Below, one piece after another: positions 58,276 to 64,000 of a stretch of 64,000 nt of DNA. The DNA comes from a virus (lineage: Duplodnaviria; Caudoviricetes), in the IMG/VR virus record IMGVR_UViG_3300028914_000066, positions 28,970 to 92,969 of that record; one strand, written 5' to 3'. A program made the position numbers and the translations under genes. Each line of letters starts with the position of its first letter. Within the stretch, counting starts at the first letter, position 1. The notes beneath the pieces are model-generated. The model was not told where the DNA came from and did no database searches. It saw nothing but the letters and a program-made list of their open reading frames with translations.

Positions 58276-59676
58276 CATAAAATCAAAATTATTTTTATCA
58301 TCATTGGCTATTTCACATTTATTAACTATTGTGTGCGTTTCCGACAACGATTTGTTAAATAGTTTTGACTCTTCTATTGTATTTTTACAAAAGATAGAAT
58401 ATAATTTTATTTTATCTTTATATACAACATTAGATAGACGATACATATAAGTTTCTATATCTTCACATAGTGGAGATGTTATAATAATAACATCAACATC
58501 AACAGTAAGCTTTTTATCAGGAGAATTTGATAAACTTAAAACATTAATTCTACCTAAATTAAATAGTTGTTCATTTAATGTTTTTTGAGATTGAACTCCC
58601 ATCATTTTTCTTTCTCCTTTAGCTTTTCCAGATTTAATATAAACAGCATTTCCATTAATATCAACAGCAGGAATATCATCAACTTTATCATGATAATTAG
58701 CGCAAATGATAGTTTCAGACATACTATTTACATATTCAGTAACCTTATTAGCAAATTCGCCTCTTTTACTAATTACTAATATTTTTTCACCTTTATGTTT
58801 ATTTATTATTTCAACAACTTTCTCAAGTTTAGGTTCATAATCACTAATAAGAATATTTCTATTTCTTATCATTTCATATGTTCTACCTGCTCTTTCTCTT
58901 AAACTGTTTGGATTATATAATTCATCAATATCTCTATTATATTGAATAGACATATCTAATGAATCATTCCAACCATTTTCAGTTGCTATTTGTAAACATA
59001 TAGAAGAAGCTGAAATATTAAGAACAGCATTACCCATTCTAGCTTGTTGCATATTATTAAAACTACCAAATATATTAAGAGAAGTTTGAATATACTCTGT
59101 ATATTTTTGATAATCTTTATAATCTTGGGTTTCTGTAGGTATTTCTATTTTAATCCATTCTTCTTCTACGGGGGTGCTTAAGCGAATTGCCTCTACTTCT
59201 TTTTGTTTAAAAGCTGAAAGAAGTGGACAAACTTTATAAAGATCTTGTAATTGACTATAATCACTTAAAAGTTTATTGAAAATTACTAATTGAAAGTGGG
59301 CTTTTCTTAATAGTCCAAATATGTAATTAGTTATTTCCTCAGGATTATATATAATTACTAAATCTAATAATTGATTATAATCTTTTGCAAGATTATAACT
59401 AAATACTTTTAAAGTTTTATCATTAAGTAATTGTTTAAATTCCTTATCATTATCTTCATCTTGATTTGTTATAAAGTCAATTATATCCATTCTATCTTTG
59501 AATGTATTAGTAACAATAAGAATTCTACATTGAGGATTCTTACTATACATTCTAGTTAAAATGTTATAAATCATTATTTTATCATTAAGAGGAGGAGGAA
59601 TTAAACAAGTACCAACACCATGATTATTTTTCCATTCTTCTACAGCATCGTCAAATATTTGATTTATATCTGCCAT
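58264..59676 (-). CDS. Degenerate SF2 helicase-like protein
   Basis: Two-RecA-domain-like layout (KLEKVVEII…KILVIS…VDVIIITSP) but no Walker A or DExH motif. Confidence 0.55.
   Translation of the reverse strand: MADINQIFDDAVEEWKNNHGVGTCLIPPPLNDKIMIYNILTRMYSKNPQCRILIVTNTFKDRMDIIDFITNQDEDNDKEFKQLLNDKTLKVFSYNLAKDYNQLLDLVIIYNPEEITNYIFGLLRKAHFQLVIFNKLLSDYSQLQDLYKVCPLLSAFKQKEVEAIRLSTPVEEEWIKIEIPTETQDYKDYQKYTEYIQTSLNIFGSFNNMQQARMGNAVLNISASSICLQIATENGWNDSLDMSIQYNRDIDELYNPNSLRERAGRTYEMIRNRNILISDYEPKLEKVVEIINKHKGEKILVISKRGEFANKVTEYVNSMSETIICANYHDKVDDIPAVDINGNAVYIKSGKAKGERKMMGVQSQKTLNEQLFNLGRINVLSLSNSPDKKLTVDVDVIIITSPLCEDIETYMYRLSNVVYKDKIKLYSIFCKNTIEESKLFNKSLSETHTIVNKCEIANDDKNNFDFMIDD
59158..59179 (+). 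repeat. Dispersed motif copy 17 (G-orientation)
   Basis: ttcttcttctacgggggtgctt; encodes STPVEEE on the minus strand. Confidence 0.85.
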
Positions 59677-59679
59677 AAT

Positions 59680-62001
59680 TTAATTTTCAAAATCATCATC
59701 GTTAAATAAATTCAAATAATCTTGAGAATACTTTTTTATAAGAGATTTACCTGTTTTAGTTCTTTTTTCTTTATTTGCTTTAAGTTTAGGTGGTATACCT
59801 AATTTAATAGGATTAATGATTTTATAACATTCATCATAATAATATTTAAAATCAATATCTCTTTCTTCTATAGGTTTATCATCTAATGTATTTAATATTT
59901 TTACAGGTAATCCTCCAGCCAATACACTACATTGATTTGTAAGTTTTTGTTTCTTTTGTATAATATCTCCATTATTAGCAACATAAAATCTAACGTGTCT
60001 TTGTATAGTTTCTGTATAAAGTCTACCTTTATCATTTCTATTAATAACAACATCAAATTGTTTACCAATATTTTGAGTTTTACAAAAGTCTAATATGCTC
60101 TTATGTTTTGTTAAAGTATCCATTATAGGAACATTGTTTACAAAATATTCATAAACAGCTTCAGCAACAACAGGCATATCATAACCTTTCTTCAAATCTT
60201 TAATATATTGTTTAGGATCTAAATCACCTTTAGCATCTACTTTACCATTTTCCCAAACAGCAAAATAATTATTAACATCTCTAGCAAAATATGCTTTATA
60301 ATTTTCACTATCAGCTCCCATTCTATTAGTTTCATTCCAACGTTTGGTTATATCATTGAAAACTTCTTCTTTATCTCTAGGAAGCTGAATAATTATACCA
60401 TCAGTATTTGCAGAAATAACATGTATTCCATTAAGTTCTAGTTCTTCTACTAAAGTCATAGTCATTAACTGACCATTAATAGTAACTTGAAGTTGAGCAA
60501 ATCTATCATAAAGAAAGAATAACTCACTACCAAATTTACCATATATAGCATTAATAACAATCTTTAAAACTTCAGCAGCAACTTTATTTGGTACACCTTT
60601 CATTACATATCCTTCAGAATCTGGTGTATGTTTACATTTTACACGAGTATTCTTGAAATATGTAACCATATCAACAAATATTTTTCTATTTAAATGTTTA
60701 GGTGCAATTTCATAAGAACTTATAATACTAGGATAATAACTATTATAGTCAAAATGTTTATAAAGATATTTATCGTCAGAAATAAGAATTACAGGTTTAT
60801 CTTGAGTATGAATACCTCCACAAGCTAATGTATATGTAGTACCATAAAAAGTTATTTCTTTACAGAAATCTTCTTTATTTGTATGATATACATAAACATC
60901 CATCATTTCTCTAAGCATTTGTTGTAGCTCTGGAGTTTTAAATTTAATATGTGGAAATATTATTTTATTAAAAGAAAGTCTAGTTCTTTCAGTTCTACCT
61001 TTTGTAAATTGTTCAGGTCTAAGCCCACTCATATCACTATAAAACTTTGTTACAAGTTTATCAGCAATATTAGCTCTAGCACTAGAAAGAACAGGTATTT
61101 TAAACGCAGATGTAATTGAATATCTCAATTTAATTTCATCAGGTTTTTGTCTTACCATTTCACAAACTATAAATACATCATTAAGATTATAATGAAGCAT
61201 ACTATCTACATATTTTGGAAGAACATATCTATCAAAATCTGTAGTTATAAGTTTATTAAGTTGTTCTAATGGCATACCTCTATATCGTTCTATATGACGC
61301 CAATATAATTCATATTCTTCTTCATCAATAGGAGGAAGAGTAAAATCAAGTAATTGATACCATTTAAGATTAATAGAAGTTTGTTTTAGACTTTTACCAT
61401 ATTTTTGTCTTTCGCCTGTATCTTTATCTATATTTACTCCAGCAGAATGTAAAGCATATACTGTTTGTACATCAACAGTTGCATAAGGAAGTTTATACTT
61501 ATTAATAAGTTCAATTTCCTTATCTTGATAAAACATAGTTTTATCTTGTTGTAATGCTATTATTTTCTTACTGAGTTCATATAGAAATTTAATCAATTGT
61601 TTTGTAGTATCAAAATGATTAAATTTCATCAGAAAAGCTTTAATCATAAGGTTATCATAACCTACAATATTAAAGCCATACATATCTGTTCTTACAGCTT
61701 CTTGAGTAATATTTCCATCTTTATCAGTTACTGTATCAAAATAAGCACTGCTAGAATTAAGAAATGAAACTAGTGGTAATAAATCTTTATCATCAGTATC
61801 ACTAATTCTAAATACTTTCTTTTCAATAGTATCTAATCTTCTTTCTATTTCTTTTACTGATAATTTTTCAGTAATAGGTATAGGTTCACCTTTTTCATCT
61901 ACACAATCTGCAAATGTTGCAAGATAATCTCTTAAATTTACAAAAGTAATAGAGAAAAGATTAGGAAATATTTCTACATCAGTAGACCAACTTTTAATCA
62001 T
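59680..62001 (-). CDS. DNA polymerase, family B
   Basis: Exo motifs DVE, FNIVGYD, YNLND; pol motifs DYNSYYPS, KIVINAIYGK, SANTDG. Confidence 0.93.
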   Translation of the reverse strand: MIKSWSTDVEIFPNLFSITFVNLRDYLATFADCVDEKGEPIPITEKLSVKEIERRLDTIEKKVFRISDTDDKDLLPLVSFLNSSSAYFDTVTDKDGNITQEAVRTDMYGFNIVGYDNLMIKAFLMKFNHFDTTKQLIKFLYELSKKIIALQQDKTMFYQDKEIELINKYKLPYATVDVQTVYALHSAGVNIDKDTGERQKYGKSLKQTSINLKWYQLLDFTLPPIDEEEYELYWRHIERYRGMPLEQLNKLITTDFDRYVLPKYVDSMLHYNLNDVFIVCEMVRQKPDEIKLRYSITSAFKIPVLSSARANIADKLVTKFYSDMSGLRPEQFTKGRTERTRLSFNKIIFPHIKFKTPELQQMLREMMDVYVYHTNKEDFCKEITFYGTTYTLACGGIHTQDKPVILISDDKYLYKHFDYNSYYPSIISSYEIAPKHLNRKIFVDMVTYFKNTRVKCKHTPDSEGYVMKGVPNKVAAEVLKIVINAIYGKFGSELFFLYDRFAQLQVTINGQLMTMTLVEELELNGIHVISANTDGIIIQLPRDKEEVFNDITKRWNETNRMGADSENYKAYFARDVNNYFAVWENGKVDAKGDLDPKQYIKDLKKGYDMPVVAEAVYEYFVNNVPIMDTLTKHKSILDFCKTQNIGKQFDVVINRNDKGRLYTETIQRHVRFYVANNGDIIQKKQKLTNQCSVLAGGLPVKILNTLDDKPIEERDIDFKYYYDECYKIINPIKLGIPPKLKANKEKRTKTGKSLIKKYSQDYLNLFNDDDFEN

Positions 62002-62016
62002 AGTTGTAAGAATTAA

Positions 62017-62042
62017 AAGTTGGAGTATTTCTACTCCAACTT
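62017..62042 (-). terminator. Intergenic hairpin with GAAA tetraloop
   Basis: Minus strand aagttggagta-GAAA-tactccaactt, followed by ttaattctt. Confidence 0.6.
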
Positions 62043-62049
62043 GTTAATA

Positions 62050-62373
62050 TTAAGCAGATTTTCTTGCTTTACGAAGTTTTTGTACGCCACAAGCATATTT
62101 TGTAGTCATATGACTATGACGACCTTTTTCTACTCTATATGTACCATTAGCAAGTTGTTTAATTAAATCTGTAACACTTTGCTTATTTAATTTGAACATA
62201 TTACTAAGACGCATTTTCTTAACAAGTGCGTTATCATAATCTTTTTGCTTATTATTATATTCTACATTATTATAATCTGCATGAATATTATCAGCTAAAG
62301 TTAAATTTCTTACTGTAGCTCCTTTTTCATTTTTAGCTCTATATGCTAATTTTCTTTTATTTCTGCTGTTCAT
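62050..62373 (-). CDS. Small basic hypothetical protein
   Basis: 107 aa, K/R-rich. Confidence 0.65.
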   Translation of the reverse strand: MNSRNKRKLAYRAKNEKGATVRNLTLADNIHADYNNVEYNNKQKDYDNALVKKMRLSNMFKLNKQSVTDLIKQLANGTYRVEKGRHSHMTTKYACGVQKLRKARKSA

Positions 62374-62698
62374 TATAGTAATTATTTAAAAGTTCTTGAA
62401 TATGTGTTGTTTCTCTTTTAAATCTTAATATTTGTACATATCTTTCATCATCTATTTTATTTTTTAATGTAGTAGAACTTTTATATAATATATAAAACAT
62501 AGCTCTTTTAGCTCTACCTTCAGCTATTCTCCGACCTAATGTTGTATCAAAATTATCATCAGGGTTACACTTTGCAACACCTTTAACAACACGTTTCACG
62601 TTGTTACAATAAGGATCATTAAATTCAATCCAACAAATAGTAGTTCTAGGTTCATTAAGTCTGCCACCAAATTTAATACTTATTATTTTAGCTTTCAT
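62357..62698 (-). CDS. Conserved phage protein
   Basis: GVAKCNPDDNFD…GRRIAEGRA motif common in phages. Confidence 0.7.
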   Translation of the reverse strand: MKAKIISIKFGGRLNEPRTTICWIEFNDPYCNNVKRVVKGVAKCNPDDNFDTTLGRRIAEGRAKRAMFYILYKSSTTLKNKIDDERYVQILRFKRETTHIQELLNNYYNEQQK

Positions 62699-64000
62699 TT
62701 TCCAAATTTTAAATATAGTTTATTTCTAGCTCTTGAGCAAGCTACATATAGTCTACGATTAACATCTTCACAATCTGTGTAAATGTTACCATTTTTATCA
62801 TAAACTATATCATTCACATCTACTAAAACAGTATCAAAAGTACTACCTTGAGATTTATGTGAAGTTAAAGCAAAACCATAATCTATATCTCTACTAAATT
62901 CTATAACTCTATTTTGATTTATAATATTAGTAAGTAATAAACAAGTTTCTTTAAATTCATAATAATTCTTCCAAGATTGACTTCTATATGTTTTCTTAGC
63001 AGATTTTGCTTGTTCAATAAGACTTTTACTTATTTGTACATATTTTTCTAAAGTAAATCTATCACTATGATCAACTATAAATAAAGGTTTAGTAACTGCA
63101 CCTCCATGTATAGCAGTAAATTTAACCATAAATCCTTTCAATTCATATTGAGGATGTACGTAATTTACTATATCATTAATAATATATTCTTCAGAATTTT
63201 TTATGATACATTCATTAAAATTATTAACAAGAGTTATATAAGATATAATAAGGTCATTCTTACCAAGAATAGATTTATTAGCATCTTCTATAATAGAACT
63301 TCTAATAAGTTTATTCCAATAAGTTACACACTTATTTGTATATCCTATTACTTTTGTATAATCCACATTTCTTGTTAATTCTTCATCATTAAAATTATTA
63401 TATACAAACTGATTAAACATTTCAGTATTGCATACTTGATAACCTTTAGTATAATCAGAATTAAATTTACTAGGATTCTTTATAATATAATTTAAAAAAT
63501 TATATGTTTTATGCTCTACATCATATCGTAAAAGACCTAATAAATAAGAAATAGGATTATCTTCACCTTGTCTTACAATTTCATATAATCTAAAAACAGG
63601 TAAACCTTTAAACGCTGAAGAATATTTTTCTCCTACTGGGGAAAGTTGGCTTTCATCACCAATATAAATTAGCTTAGTTTTATTAGATTTACAAGTTTTT
63701 TCTAGAAACATACATAGACCTCTATTAATCATAGAAGCTTCATCAACTATGTATATTTTATAATTTCCAATTTTAATCTTTCCTTTAGGATCAAAAGGAG
63801 GATTATTAATATCAAACTTTTCTACATCAAAATTAAGTCTTAAACCTAAATCGGATTGAAGAGTATTAATATTAATTCCTTTTAATCCTATACTATTACC
63901 AAGTACTCGAACAGCTTTATGAGTAGGAGCTGCTAGTCCTACTACAGAAAAAGACTTTTTAGAATTAAGCAATAATGCTTTAACTAAATAAGTTTTTCCT
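62695..64000 (-). CDS. SF1 (RecD/Dda-like) DNA helicase, 5'-truncated
   Basis: The frame runs to the window edge and begins GKTYLVK (Walker A). AAPTHKA, VDEASM, IGDESQL, TSHKSQGST and YVACSRA motifs. Confidence 0.92.
   Translation of the reverse strand, partial: GKTYLVKALLLNSKKSFSVVGLAAPTHKAVRVLGNSIGLKGININTLQSDLGLRLNFDVEKFDINNPPFDPKGKIKIGNYKIYIVDEASMINRGLCMFLEKTCKSNKTKLIYIGDESQLSPVGEKYSSAFKGLPVFRLYEIVRQGEDNPISYLLGLLRYDVEHKTYNFLNYIIKNPSKFNSDYTKGYQVCNTEMFNQFVYNNFNDEELTRNVDYTKVIGYTNKCVTYWNKLIRSSIIEDANKSILGKNDLIISYITLVNNFNECIIKNSEEYIINDIVNYVHPQYELKGFMVKFTAIHGGAVTKPLFIVDHSDRFTLEKYVQISKSLIEQAKSAKKTYRSQSWKNYYEFKETCLLLTNIINQNRVIEFSRDIDYGFALTSHKSQGSTFDTVLVDVNDIVYDKNGNIYTDCEDVNRRLYVACSRARNKLYLKFGK

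Noticed and set aside
1297-59179. Dispersed motif as a CRISPR array, IS/MITE ends or a phage promoter
   Set aside because: Copies are kilobases apart with no spacer periodicity, there is no transposase or target duplication, and orientation is uncorrelated with transcription.
34018-62001. Introns, inteins or homing endonucleases in RNAP, PolB, primase or ThyX
   Set aside because: Motif spacing looks normal and no intein, HNH or LAGLIDADG signatures were seen.
45987-63378. Plus-strand track ORFs within the - strand block (45987, 50680, 55568, 56732, 58087, 58585, 63106) and - ORF 56382
   Set aside because: Shadow ORFs overlapping well-supported genes.
63625-63647. Possible 18th motif copy (tttctcctactggggaaagtt, encodes SPVGEK)
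   Set aside because: Too many mismatches to count without a PWM score.
1-64000. Stop-codon reassignment (TAG or TGA), known in some crAss-like phages
   Set aside because: Very long ORFs are intact under the standard code, and TAG/TGA serve as plausible stops. The single break in the RNAP gene is a frame change at TAA.

Overview
This window is a 64-kb slice of a very AT-rich crAss-like bacteriophage (Crassvirales, Bacteroidota host), read in the standard genetic code. The family-B polymerase and gene order suggest the p-crAssphage/Intestiviridae type. The + strand (1-45192) carries virion and late genes: a giant LamG/CotH-like/LRR tail-fibre-type protein, a candidate anti-defence protein, a holin, a membrane protein + HTH + six-gene operon of unknown function, tail ring and muzzle proteins, ejected cargo proteins, and the giant virion RNA polymerase (DFDID motif), whose gene is split by an apparent -1 frameshift. 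The - strand (45597-64000) carries replication and nucleotide genes: thioredoxin, dUTPase, DUF932, Gp157, ThyX, DUF1599, ATP-dependent ligase, primase, SSB-like and annealing proteins, a degenerate SF2 helicase, PolB and an SF1 helicase. The two blocks converge on back-to-back terminators. The strongest unexplained signal is a ~20-bp asymmetric motif, consensus TTYYTTTTAC(G/A)GGGG(T/A)GCT. I found 17 copies by eye, mostly inside unrelated genes where they force rare codons, with near-strict alternation of orientation and close inverted pairs in the major intergenic regions. All family assignments come from motif recognition; no database search was run.
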